Positions 55,177-64,000 of a stretch of DNA of 64,000 nucleotides are shown here, piece after piece. How positions within the stretch are numbered: the first letter of the stretch is position 1; every line of letters starts with the position of its first letter. The stretch spans positions 1,558,643 through 1,622,642 of the forward strand of contig CAWDQV010000001.1 of assembly GCA_963804565.1 (NCBI GenBank), given 5' to 3'. The DNA comes from Candidatus Dormiibacterota bacterium (GTDB lineage: Bacteria; Chloroflexota; Dormibacteria; Aeolococcales; Bog-877). A program made the translations under genes and the position numbers. Below the pieces are notes generated by a model. The model ran no database searches. It saw nothing but the letters and a program-made list of their open reading frames with translations, and was not told the DNA's origin.

Positions 55177-58059
55177 TCAGGGAGTGGGCTCGACTGGCGG
55201 CGTGGTTACCCCCGCCACGGGGCTGGGATCGGCCGGCGGCGGCGTGCGCCCGATGCCGAGAAGGAACTGGTGCCAGAGCCCTTGCCGGACTGACTCGCCG
55301 GTCTCATGGGTGGACTCGGCCTTCTCACTCGCGCGCTTCTTGACGTCGAAGTAGAGATAGAACGCGATCGAGAAGCCTCCGAACCCGACGAAGAGGATCA
55401 GTGCCGTCACCAGTGGAGCCGAGCCGTGGTGGGAAACCGCCGAGCCTGGCTGGAGCAGGGCTTGGATGAAGCCGAAGGTTGTCACCGCGTAGACCGCGGC
55501 CCATGCGCCCTTGTGCCACTTGGCCAGCGTTCCGCCCTGCATGAAGTTGAGCGGCAAGAGTCCCACCACATTGCCCACGAGGCCACCCACGAACACCGCC
55601 GCCAGGAGGTCGGCGAGCAGCACCTGCCAGCCGGCCGCTCCCGGCAGTGCCGCCGCTGAGTGCACCGGAATCCAAATCACCCAGGCGATCGCTGCCACCG
55701 CCATGCTGCACAGCGAGGAGATCCCGGCTACGTGGCCGTCCTCGTGGACAGCCATCTGGGTGGCGAAGGCGACGCCGCACACAAGTCCGTAGAGGTATCC
55801 CGGCTCGAACGACGTGAGTCGGGAGATGAGCACCGAGACCAGGGCCACGACCAGCCCGGCCGGAAGCGCGTGAAGGCGGAAGGTGGTCGGGCGATGACGC
55901 AGCTTGCGATACCAGTAGGCCGCCAGGTTGGGGACCGCGATCGAGACCGAGAGGGCGACGACAAGTGACACCAGGGTCAGCGCCGAGCTTGCGGTGAATC
56001 CGAAGCTGGGGTCCAGGAAGCCATCCAGCACTGCTCCGATCAGGATCACCGCGGCGAAGGTGGTTCGATCTCGCCGCTTCTCCGAGGTCCTGTGTGCACT
56101 CCGGCGCAGCTTTTCCAAGAAGCGGACAGGACCCTCCCACCACTTCCGCACCTCCTCGTAGTTGGCCTTGAGGGTGTAGTTGAAGAGTTGGGCCGGAAAC
56201 GTGATGAAGAGCACCGACAACAGGGTGACCAGAGCGACCACGGCATCGGCGGCCGGGCTGCCGAAGGCCTCCGCCGGGGTCACCAGGGCAGAGGAGATGC
56301 TGCTCACTGTGAGCGGTGCCGACGCACCCTTGGCGACCCCATCGATGGTGAGGTTGGCGTAGACCCAGTGGCTGAAATCGGCCCCGGAGCAGTGCCGCAC
56401 CGCTGGCCACCGCTCGGTACCCGAAAGCGCGTCAGCCACCTGCCGGCCGTTCTTGGTCGTCAGCCCCGTGACAGTCAGAGAAAGCTCACTCTCTCCGAGC
56501 AGGATTCCGGTACAGCTCGTGGCATCGGCTTCCAACCGGGCTCTGGTCGGGCTAAGGAGCACCGTGCGGGCGGCCTGGCCGGCGCCACCAGCGGACGACG
56601 GGGCCAGGATCGACTGGAACTTGAGGTAGTAATGGTTGCCCGACTGACGGAGAGGGATGATCGACCTCGGGCCGAAGAGGTCCCCGGGAGGCAGAACTCC
56701 CCCAGTGCTCGACCCGGACGGGTAGACCATGCGCACGCCGCAGGGCTGCCCGGTTGGGCAGCTGTAGACGAAGTCGACCAGGTCGGTGCCGGTGTGCCCG
56801 ACCGGGGGGGCTGCAGCCGCCGGTGAGCCGCCCGAGTAGGAGGTGTAGGTGACGGTCAGGTTGAATTCGCCGGTCAGTGAAGGTGCGGCGGGCGGGGGAG
56901 TCGTTACCGCGGTCTTGGCGCCCAGGGTGAGCAGAGCCGGTCCGCTCTGGCTCCCGCCCGCCGCCACGCAGAGTGACCTGCTCGGGGTGCAGGCCAGGGC
57001 GTTGATCAGGGTGGGCAGATTCTCGAGCTCGGTCCAGCTGTCGCCAGCGTTGACAGTGTCGACGATCTCGGTGCTGGCGAATCGCTGGTCAACCATCAGG
57101 CACACCCTCCCCTGGCAGGCGATCTGCCACCCGAACGGCAATTCCTGAGAACTGGCGGAGGGCACCCAGGTCGCCCCGCCGTCGGTGGTGGCGTATTCGA
57201 TCCCTGCGCATTCAGTCGCCCCCTCGCCGCCACATTGGTCGCCGCCGACCACCCAGCCGTCGGATTTCGAGGTGAACTCCACGTCGATGAGCTCGCTGTA
57301 GCCGACGTTGCCGATGCCGAAGCCTCCGCCCGGCTGGGGAGTGGGAGAGGGGCCCGGCTGGGGTGGGGACTGATCCTGCCAGGTCGCCCCCAAATCGGAC
57401 GTGAACCACACCCCGGGCCCTGCTGCCCAGCAGTGGGTGTCGTCGACACACCTCACGGTGGTGAGATTGGCGCTGGGCGGGGTCTCCGAGACCCAGGCGG
57501 TTCCTCCGTTGTCAGTCGTGAGGACCGAACTCTTTAGCGTGGTTCCGCCCGCGTTGCCGACCGCGATGCAGCTGCTCGGAGAGCCGCAGCCAATTGAGCC
57601 GATGGTCGCCCCGGCCGGCACTGAATCCTGGGTCCAGCTGCCGCCGCTGTCTGTCGTCTGGAAGATCTGCGGGTCCGAGGCACCGCTTGCCGAGAGACTT
57701 CCGCCCAAGTAGCAGCGTTCGGCGGTCGGACACGAGATGGCGTCGAGCTGCCCGCTGTCGGGGATGGTGGCGGTGGTCCAGTCGGCCCCCGCGTCAGCGG
57801 TGCTGGTGACGATGCCCTGCCCCGACTCGCTGCCGACCACGTAGCAGTTCTCTGCGGTCGGGCAGGTGGCGTCGTCGTAGATCGCCGAAGTAGTTCCCAG
57901 CTCAGACGCAGGGACGGCAGTGAACCGTCCCCCGATCAGACTGCTCAGCCCGGACGAGGCCGCCCCGGCCGTCATTGCGGTCGAGAGGGCCAGCATGCTT
58001 GCGATCAGGAGCGCCCCGCCCAGCTTGCCGCAGCGGAGCGTCCGGATCGACCGAGAGAC
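55177..58059 (-). CDS. Large exported Asp-box (BNR) beta-propeller protein fused to a C-terminal ~9-TM domain with an HExxH motif
   Basis: Signal peptide from GTG 58059 (VSRSIRTLRCGKLGGALLIASMLALSTAMTAGA). Six SxDxGxxW-type boxes. An unknown middle region of about 250 aa. The C-terminal hydrophobic domain contains HEDGH (55732-55746) and GLLPLNFMQGG (55531-55563). The 167 codons upstream in the ORF are Arg/Gly-rich and were rejected. Confidence 0.8.
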   Translation of the reverse strand, partial: VSRSIRTLRCGKLGGALLIASMLALSTAMTAGAASSGLSSLIGGRFTAVPASELGTTSAIYDDATCPTAENCYVVGSESGQGIVTSTADAGADWTTATIPDSGQLDAISCPTAERCYLGGSLSASGASDPQIFQTTDSGGSWTQDSVPAGATIGSIGCGSPSSCIAVGNAGGTTLKSSVLTTDNGGTAWVSETPPSANLTTVRCVDDTHCWAAGPGVWFTSDLGATWQDQSPPQPGPSPTPQPGGGFGIGNVGYSELIDVEFTSKSDGWVVGGDQCGGEGATECAGIEYATTDGGATWVPSASSQELPFGWQIACQGRVCLMVDQRFASTEIVDTVNAGDSWTELENLPTLINALACTPSRSLCVAAGGSQSGPALLTLGAKTAVTTPPPAAPSLTGEFNLTVTYTSYSGGSPAAAAPPVGHTGTDLVDFVYSCPTGQPCGVRMVYPSGSSTGGVLPPGDLFGPRSIIPLRQSGNHYYLKFQSILAPSSAGGAGQAARTVLLSPTRARLEADATSCTGILLGESELSLTVTGLTTKNGRQVADALSGTERWPAVRHCSGADFSHWVYANLTIDGVAKGASAPLTVSSISSALVTPAEAFGSPAADAVVALVTLLSVLFITFPAQLFNYTLKANYEEVRKWWEGPVRFLEKLRRSAHRTSEKRRDRTTFAAVILIGAVLDGFLDPSFGFTASSALTLVSLVVALSVSIAVPNLAAYWYRKLRHRPTTFRLHALPAGLVVALVSVLISRLTSFEPGYLYGLVCGVAFATQMAVHEDGHVAGISSLCSMAVAAIAWVIWIPVHSAAALPGAAGWQVLLADLLAAVFVGGLVGNVVGLLPLNFMQGGTLAKWHKGAWAAVYAVTTFGFIQALLQPGSAVSHHGSAPLVTALILFVGFGGFSIAFYLYFDVKKRASEKAESTHETGESVRQGLWHQFLLGIGRTPPPADPSPVAGVTTPPVEPTP

Positions 58060-58413
58060 TCGGCCACCTCTCCGCCGGCGGCCAGGTGCCACGGGCCAAC
58101 GCAATCCACCGTTCCGATTCGGGCGGAGCGCCTCTAGCGCAGGGCCCGGCTGGCGACGCCGCGGGGAGATACGCAATCTTCCCCGCCGAGACGCGCTCCC
58201 CCCGCCGCGCTCCCCTAGCATTTCCCCCTCCGGTTCGCCTCGGGCCGCCACCGACGATGCTCGAGAAGCTATGAGCAGCGTGGGTGAGCAGGCCCCTTCG
58301 CCTGCGGCCGCAAAAGCGTACCGAAGAGGCACGCCCCTGCCAACCCTTTTCCAGGGCCGCTTGACTCGTGAGCTTGGAACCTGGGACTTCCTCCCAGCGT
58401 CATCCTGACTGAC

Positions 58414-59334
58414 ATGGTCCCCCCGACCCGGCGACGGCGCCCACTCGCCGCCCTCTTGCTCGTCGCAGCGTCGCTCGGAATTGCGGGATTCGGGCTTGTC
58501 ACCGCCTTGGCCGCACCGCCGGTGGGGACCGAGCGTGAGGTCGATCAGGCGAACCGCCAAGCCGCAGTCAGGCTTGCCAGCGAGATGCTGGCCTCAGTTG
58601 TGCTACCGGCATCGGCGCAGCCGCTGCAGAGGCCACCTATGGCTGAACTGGACCAGCCCTTCCAGAGGATTGGCACGGACGACCTGATCGAGCTCCACAC
58701 GCTCTGGGAAGTGCCGGTCTCATTCGCCCAGTTCTGGGCCTTCGCGACGAGCCATCCTCCCTCAGGGACCAGCCAATCGGGATCCGGGTCCGCATCCAAC
58801 CCGCAGGGGATCACAGCGCAGGAGCTGACCTGGTCACTTGACCACCTCCCGCACGAAATCGGAACCGCATGGCTGCTCTGCACATTTGCGCCAATCGGAG
58901 CTGGCTTGACCGCAGTTCGGATCGACGCCGAGGTCGTCTGGCTCCCAGGCAGGGCAGCCCAGACCCTGGTCCCCACCTACGACCTGTCCGCCTCCATCTC
59001 TCTAGCGGATCTGCCAGCCGGCCCAGCTAGCCGCACACTGATCCTCGGCCCCGGCCGTCAGCTCCGCTCGCTGATCAGGCTCATCAACCGGCTTCGCACC
59101 GTGTCTCCGCCCGGACCGTTCAGCTGCGCCGCGCGCAGTACTTCGGCCACGATCGTCTTTCGGGCATACCCAGGGGCGAGGCAGAACGCCACCGCTGCCC
59201 AGCAGCTCGGATGTAGCGACTTCCAGCTCAAAGTTGGTCGGACCAAGATCCTGCTTGAGCAGGAAGCGCTCATCAGACCTGAGCTTTCCCTGTTCGGGCT
59301 CAAGCTTTCCGACCTGTACCCTCCCGACCTCTGA
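58414..59334 (+). CDS. Membrane-anchored/secreted hypothetical protein (306 aa)
   Basis: MVPPTRRRRPLAALLLVAASLGIAGFGLVTALAAP is a signal or anchor. The remainder has balanced composition. No family recognised. Confidence 0.6.
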   Translation: MVPPTRRRRPLAALLLVAASLGIAGFGLVTALAAPPVGTEREVDQANRQAAVRLASEMLASVVLPASAQPLQRPPMAELDQPFQRIGTDDLIELHTLWEVPVSFAQFWAFATSHPPSGTSQSGSGSASNPQGITAQELTWSLDHLPHEIGTAWLLCTFAPIGAGLTAVRIDAEVVWLPGRAAQTLVPTYDLSASISLADLPAGPASRTLILGPGRQLRSLIRLINRLRTVSPPGPFSCAARSTSATIVFRAYPGARQNATAAQQLGCSDFQLKVGRTKILLEQEALIRPELSLFGLKLSDLYPPDL

Positions 59335-59472
59335 GCTCTGGCCCGCGGCCATTGCCGCCGTTCCGTCCAGCTGCCAAAAGAATCCGCCCACCGTTATGAG
59401 CCGATTGCCTTCCGGCGCATGGGCCGCCGTGGGCCCCGCCTGGCAAGCGACCCGCCACTATCGTGACACCTG

Positions 59473-60555
59473 ATGAAACAGCTCCTGGACGAGACGAACC
59501 TGCCCGCCCTCGCTCGCGGGTGCGCCGTGCTTGGAACCGGGGGCGGAGGCGATTCCTCCGTCGGACTGTTGATGGCCCTGCAGGCGGTCGCCGACTACGG
59601 CCCTGTGCCCCTGATTGGCCTGGAGGAGCTAGATGACCAGGCGCTGATCATGCCAGGCGGATCCGTCGGAGCTCCCACGGTCAGCATCGAGAAGATCGAC
59701 AACGGCGACGAGGGTGGGCGATTGCGCGAGCGGCTGGAGGCCATCTGGCAGCGCCCGGTCGAAGCGTTGATGTCATCCGAGATCGGCGGCGCGAACGGAC
59801 TGATGCCGATCGTTTGGGCGGCTCGGTTGGGCCTGCCGGTGGTGGACGCGGACTGCATCGGGCGTGCGTTCCCGGAGCTCCAGCACTCAACACTCGAACT
59901 GGCCGGAATACCCCCGACGCCTGGGGTGATGACCGACGAGCGCGGCAACGTGGTGGAGTTCCGCACCCTGGACGGCTTCTGGCTGGAGCGGCTGGCCAGG
60001 GCCGCCACGGTGGTCTTCGGGGGATCCTCCTCCTCCTCCGAGTACTCGCTCACAGCCGGCCAGGCCAGAACCGCCGTGGTTCTGAATTCGGTCTCGCTGG
60101 CTATCCGCATCGGCACCCTGGTAAAGACCACCGCCACCGATCCGGTGGCAACTCTGATCAAGGAATTGCCGGCGGTCAAGCTGATCGTGGGCAGGGTGGT
60201 CGATGTCGAACGTCGGACCACCCAGGGGTTCGTACGGGGGTCGGCTCTGGTGGAGGGCCTGGGCGCGGACCGCGAACGGTCGCTTCGGATCGAGATCCAG
60301 AACGAGAACCTGGTCGCACTGGAGGGGGGCCAGGTGCTGGCCTCAGTTCCCGACCTGATCACAGTCTTGGACACCGACTCCGCTGACGCGATCCCCACCG
60401 AGCGCCTCCGCTACGGCCAGAGGGTGACTGTGATCGGATTCCCCTGTGCCCCGGTCTGGCGGACCCCAGCCGGACTCGCGCTCGCCGGACCTCGCCCTTT
60501 CGGCTATGACTTCGACTTCGTCCCGGTCGAGGAGCTCGCCCGTGCCCGGGATTGA
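59473..60555 (+). CDS. DUF917 family protein
   Basis: The N-terminus LARGCAVLGTGGGGDSSVGLLMALQAV and later SSEIGGANGLMPIVWAARLGLPVVDADCIGRAFPELQ are typical of DUF917. The call is from memory. Confidence 0.8.
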   Translation: MKQLLDETNLPALARGCAVLGTGGGGDSSVGLLMALQAVADYGPVPLIGLEELDDQALIMPGGSVGAPTVSIEKIDNGDEGGRLRERLEAIWQRPVEALMSSEIGGANGLMPIVWAARLGLPVVDADCIGRAFPELQHSTLELAGIPPTPGVMTDERGNVVEFRTLDGFWLERLARAATVVFGGSSSSSEYSLTAGQARTAVVLNSVSLAIRIGTLVKTTATDPVATLIKELPAVKLIVGRVVDVERRTTQGFVRGSALVEGLGADRERSLRIEIQNENLVALEGGQVLASVPDLITVLDTDSADAIPTERLRYGQRVTVIGFPCAPVWRTPAGLALAGPRPFGYDFDFVPVEELARARD

Positions 60556-62101
60556 CCTCCGATTGGGCATCGACGTTGGAGGTACCAACACCGACGCCGT
60601 CGTGATGGACCGCAACGACCAGCTGCTGGCCAAGGCCAAGGTTGCCGGGACCCGGGACGTGACCGGGGGAATCGAGGCGGCGATCGCCGCGGTACTGGCT
60701 GCGCCGGGAGTCGAGCCGGTTCGCATCACTCACGTGATGCTGGGCACCACCCATGCGACCAATGCGGTCTTGGAGAGACGGCAGCTGGGCCGGGTAGCTG
60801 TGATCCGAATCGGGAGCCCAGCCACCCACGCAGTGCGTCCGCTGTTCGGATGGCCCGATGAGCTGAGATCGGTGATATCCGTCGGCGAAATCATCGTCGG
60901 TGGTGGGATCGAGTTTGACGGACGCGATCTGGCACCGTTCGACGGGGACGCCATCGCCCGGTTTCTGGACAAGGTGGGGCCAAAGGCCGACGGAGTGGCG
61001 ATCACCAGCGTCTTCTCGCCGGTGTCGGCACGCCACGAGCTGGAGGCTCAGCAGGTGGTGCGCCGAGAACTCGGTGAGATCCACGTCTCCCTGAGTCACC
61101 AGGTCGGGTCGCTGGGACTGCTGGAACGCGAGAACGCGACCGTCCTCAACGCAGCGCTGGTTGGGGTCGCCCGCCAGGTCACCGACGCGGTCCGGGCCTC
61201 CCTGCACTCCCGGGCCCTGGATCCGGTGACCTTCTTCGCCCAGAACGACGGCACCCTGATGGCCATGGACTACGCCGTCCAGTACCCCGTCCTGACCATC
61301 GGCAGCGGACCGGCCAATAGCATCCGAGGCGCCGGCTTCCTTACCGGATCACAGGACGCGGTAGTGCTTGACGTGGGCGGAACTTCCAGCGACGTCGGCG
61401 TGCTGATCGGGGGATTCCCCAGACAGTCATCTCAGGGGGTGGAGATCGGGGGGGTGCGCACCAACTTCAGGATGCCTGACCTGGTAACGATCGCCATAGG
61501 CGGCGGCACCATGATCAGCTCCGACGGGGATGCGCCGAGGCTGGGGCCCGAGAGCGTGGGCTATCGGCTGCAGGAGGAGGCGCTGGCGTTCGGTGGGTCG
61601 ACCCTCACCCTCACTGACGCTGCGGTGCTGGAGGGTCGGGCCCAAGTGGGTCATCATCCGGTACCATCCTCCTTCCAGACGCTGGCTGGAGAGGCTCTGC
61701 TCCGGGCCGATCAGCGCCTGGCGGAGGCAATCGATCGGGTGAAGACATCCCGGGCGGATTGCCTACTGATTGCCGTGGGAGGAGGCAGCGTTTTGTTACC
61801 CGAGAGCTTGCCCGGTGTCAGCGAGATCCATCGGCCTGACCACTTCGATGTGGCCAACGCCATCGGGGCCACCATCGCCTCGGTCAGCGGGCAGGTCGAC
61901 CGCATCGCCCAGATCGGCGCTGGCGGGCGGCAGGAGGCGATCGCCCAGGCCTCGGAGGAGGCGCGGCAGCAGGCCATCCAGGCCGGCGCCGACCCGAGCA
62001 GAGTCGACATCGTCGAGATCGAGGAGATACCCCTGGCCTACCTGACGAACCCTGCGATCAGGCTCAGGGTGAAGGCGGTCGGAGCGCTGGGCACGGAGTG
62101 A
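60542..62101 (+). CDS. Hydantoinase/oxoprolinase family protein (HyuA-like; no HyuB partner seen)
   Basis: LRLGIDVGGTNTDAVVMD..., later VLDVGGTSSDVGVL. GTG 60542 overlaps the DUF917 stop by 14 nt. TTG 60563 is an alternative start. Confidence 0.85.
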   Translation: MPGIDLRLGIDVGGTNTDAVVMDRNDQLLAKAKVAGTRDVTGGIEAAIAAVLAAPGVEPVRITHVMLGTTHATNAVLERRQLGRVAVIRIGSPATHAVRPLFGWPDELRSVISVGEIIVGGGIEFDGRDLAPFDGDAIARFLDKVGPKADGVAITSVFSPVSARHELEAQQVVRRELGEIHVSLSHQVGSLGLLERENATVLNAALVGVARQVTDAVRASLHSRALDPVTFFAQNDGTLMAMDYAVQYPVLTIGSGPANSIRGAGFLTGSQDAVVLDVGGTSSDVGVLIGGFPRQSSQGVEIGGVRTNFRMPDLVTIAIGGGTMISSDGDAPRLGPESVGYRLQEEALAFGGSTLTLTDAAVLEGRAQVGHHPVPSSFQTLAGEALLRADQRLAEAIDRVKTSRADCLLIAVGGGSVLLPESLPGVSEIHRPDHFDVANAIGATIASVSGQVDRIAQIGAGGRQEAIAQASEEARQQAIQAGADPSRVDIVEIEEIPLAYLTNPAIRLRVKAVGALGTE

Positions 62102-62213
62102 TTGGGGCGGGACCAGAGAATGGACACTCTGAGGTTATCGGGGAGTGCTCCTCGGCACCGGGGGAGCTGCGACCAACGAGAAGGAGGCGGCTGCTGACCA
62201 GGAGGACCGAGCG

Positions 62214-64000
62214 ATGCCCGGAGTAGGTATCTCACGTCGCAGGCTGATGGCACGGGTGACCGGGCTGGCGGTGCTTGCCCTGGTGATCGCTGGATACGGG
62301 ATTGGTGCCCCGGCCCAGGCTGCCACGAAGTCGGATCCCGGTTCCACCGCGACCTTCGCGCTCCAACCAGACAACACGCCAAACTACGTCTTCCCCTTGG
62401 TCAGCTCCCAGTACTTCACCCTGGTCAACGAGGACCAATTCGAGTGGATCATCTACCGGCCGCTGTACTGGTTCGGCAAGAACGGCACCACCGCCTACAA
62501 CGCCAAGGAGAGCCTGGCCGACTACCCCGACTTCTCGGTCAACGCGGCCGGTGACACGGTGGCGACCGTCACCCTCAAGCACTGGCTCTGGTCGGACGGT
62601 CAGCCGGTCACGACCCGGGACATTGAGTTCTGGATGAATCTCCTCGAGGCCAACAAGGACAACTGGGGGGTCTACGTCCCGGGAGCCTGGCCGGACATCA
62701 TTCAGTCGCTCTCCTACCCGAGTCCAACTCAGTTCTCCATCACCTTCAACGCCAACTACAACGTCGACTGGCTGTTTGAGAACGAGATGAGTCAGATCTT
62801 CCCCATCCCCCAGCACGTCTGGGACAAGACCTCGACCCAGGGCCCGATCGGTAACTACGACGAGACTGCGGCCGGAGCGCGCGCGGTCTACAACTACCTC
62901 AACACCCAGTCCCACGACGTCTCCACCTACGGAACCAATCCCCTCTGGAAGGTGGTCGATGGACCGTGGATGTTGAAGTCCTATCTGCCCGCCACCGGCT
63001 ACACCGAGCTGGCCCGAAATCCCCGCTATCCCGGGCCCACCACCGGCAAGGTGACTACCTTCGTGGAGGAGCCCTACACCAGCGACGCCGCGGAGTTCGA
63101 TGCCCTGCGATCGGGCAGCCTGGATGTGGGGTATCTGCCACCCTCCGACACCTCCCAGGTCAGCTATCTGAAGGCCCACGGATACTCGGTGAGCCCGTGG
63201 TGGGAGTGGAACTTCAACTACATCAGCATCAACTTCAACAACCCTCAGAGCGGACCCATCTTCAAACAGCTCTACTTCCGCCAGGCCCTCCAGTCGCTGG
63301 TCGACCAGCCCAGCTACGTGACCCACATCTACAAGGGCTACGCCAAGCCCACCTATGGGCCGGTCCCGACCACCGTCAGCAACCAGTTCGTCTCGCCTCA
63401 GGCCAAGACCAACCCCTATCCGTACAGCGTCAGCCATGCCCGCCAACTGCTGACCTCAAACGGTTGGAAGGTGAATGCCAGCGGCACCAGTACCTGCCAG
63501 CATCCAGGCACCGGAACAGGTGAGTGTGGAGCGGGCATCAGCCAGGGCGAGGGTCTCTCCTTCAAGCTGATCTACGCAACCGGCTCGGTCGCGACCACCG
63601 ATGAGATGGAGGCGCTCCGCTCCAGCGCTTCCCAGGCCGGCATCAACCTCACAGTGGAGCAGGAACCGTTCAGCTCGGTCACCACCACCATCTACGGCTG
63701 CGACGCCAGCACCGGGACCGGCTGCAACTGGCAGATGGGCGGTGACTCCGGCTGGGAGTACTACGCCTACCCGAGCGGTGAGCAGCTCTTCAAGACCGGC
63801 GGCTCGGGGAACAGCGGAGGCTACAGCAGCCCCGAGGCGGACTCCCTCATCAACGCCACTTTGACCCAGCCGGGGCTCGGTCCCATGTACACCTATGAGA
63901 ACTACCTGGCCAAGCAGGTGCCGGTGATCTACCTGCCGACACCTGCCTACCAGATCACCGTCTACAAGACCAAGCTCAAAGGAGTGCTGCCCCAGGATCC
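62214..64000 (+). CDS. ABC transporter substrate-binding protein, family 5 (peptide/nickel/opine type); 3' end runs off the window
   Basis: Absent from the ORF track because there is no stop in the window. My translation from ATG 62214 (GGAGGA 7 nt upstream) reads MPGVGISRRRLMARVTGLAVLALVIAGYGIGAPAQA, an Arg-rich signal. It continues ...HWLWSDGQPVTTRDIEFW...LARNPRYPGP... and stays open to 64000. Confidence 0.85.
   Translation, partial: MPGVGISRRRLMARVTGLAVLALVIAGYGIGAPAQAATKSDPGSTATFALQPDNTPNYVFPLVSSQYFTLVNEDQFEWIIYRPLYWFGKNGTTAYNAKESLADYPDFSVNAAGDTVATVTLKHWLWSDGQPVTTRDIEFWMNLLEANKDNWGVYVPGAWPDIIQSLSYPSPTQFSITFNANYNVDWLFENEMSQIFPIPQHVWDKTSTQGPIGNYDETAAGARAVYNYLNTQSHDVSTYGTNPLWKVVDGPWMLKSYLPATGYTELARNPRYPGPTTGKVTTFVEEPYTSDAAEFDALRSGSLDVGYLPPSDTSQVSYLKAHGYSVSPWWEWNFNYISINFNNPQSGPIFKQLYFRQALQSLVDQPSYVTHIYKGYAKPTYGPVPTTVSNQFVSPQAKTNPYPYSVSHARQLLTSNGWKVNASGTSTCQHPGTGTGECGAGISQGEGLSFKLIYATGSVATTDEMEALRSSASQAGINLTVEQEPFSSVTTTIYGCDASTGTGCNWQMGGDSGWEYYAYPSGEQLFKTGGSGNSGGYSSPEADSLINATLTQPGLGPMYTYENYLAKQVPVIYLPTPAYQITVYKTKLKGVLPQD

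Noticed and set aside
58060-58560. A 167-codon N-terminal extension of the 1127-aa ORF (start at 58560)
   Set aside because: The extension is Arg/Gly/Pro-rich and overlaps the start of the divergent gene at 58414. A GTG at 58059 gives a proper signal peptide, so the shorter gene model was adopted.
52409-59334. Treating the whole globin, recombinase, URO-D, propeller and unknown-protein block as a genomic island
   Set aside because: I saw no compositional shift by eye, no flanking tRNA and no repeat borders I could identify. This is kept only as a hypothesis under the recombinase finding.
1-64000. CRISPR arrays, tandem repeats, IS elements or prophage blocks
   Set aside because: Reading the intergenic regions, I saw no regularly spaced direct repeats, no transposase-like translation and no phage structural genes. 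The only mobility-related gene is the lone tyrosine recombinase at 53080-54048.

Overview
This is a high-GC chromosomal window; hand counts of coding lines give about 62-68% G+C. It is densely packed, with roughly 55 protein genes on both strands. I found no rRNA, tRNA or CRISPR array. The gene content (SARP/AfsR-type regulator, F420-type luciferase-like oxidoreductase, ROK regulator, ClgR-like XRE next to clpP, many GTG/TTG starts) suggests an actinobacterium; that is inference only.

**Layout**
- 1-20 kb is rich in signalling genes. It holds a zinc-ribbon adenylate cyclase-ATPase, GNAT plus Crp/Fnr, a ClpP pair with an XRE regulator, and PAS-GGDEF-EAL. It also holds a six-gene partner-switching operon and a 946-aa SARP.
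- 20-50 kb is mostly metabolism and transport. It includes msrB, a cell-wall amidase, thiolase, DUF885, proline iminopeptidase, an NCS1 permease and an S53 peptidase. It also includes an LLM oxidoreductase, an acyl-CoA dehydrogenase with an ADP-forming acyl-CoA synthetase, proC, dienelactone hydrolase and a beta-carbonic anhydrase. The rest is a ROK regulator with a CUT2 sugar ABC system, and proline dehydrogenase with P5C dehydrogenase.
- 50-64 kb holds an APC permease, a truncated haemoglobin, a lone tyrosine recombinase and a URO-D-family protein. It continues with a large exported beta-propeller/membrane fusion protein, a DUF917-hydantoinase pair and a partial family-5 solute-binding protein.

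**Most interesting observations**
1. An Asp-box propeller fused to a membrane domain with site-2-protease-like HExxH and GLLPxxxxxGG motifs.
2. A partner-switching operon with no sigma factor, coupled to an unknown protein and a FAD oxidoreductase.
3. A ClpP paralogue lacking all three catalytic residues, coupled to an XRE regulator and lying opposite an intact clpP.
4. Two apparent +1 frame disruptions, in an alpha/beta hydrolase and a TauE permease.
5. An approximately 850-bp low-GC region with no intact gene.

All family assignments come from reading the translations. No database search was run.
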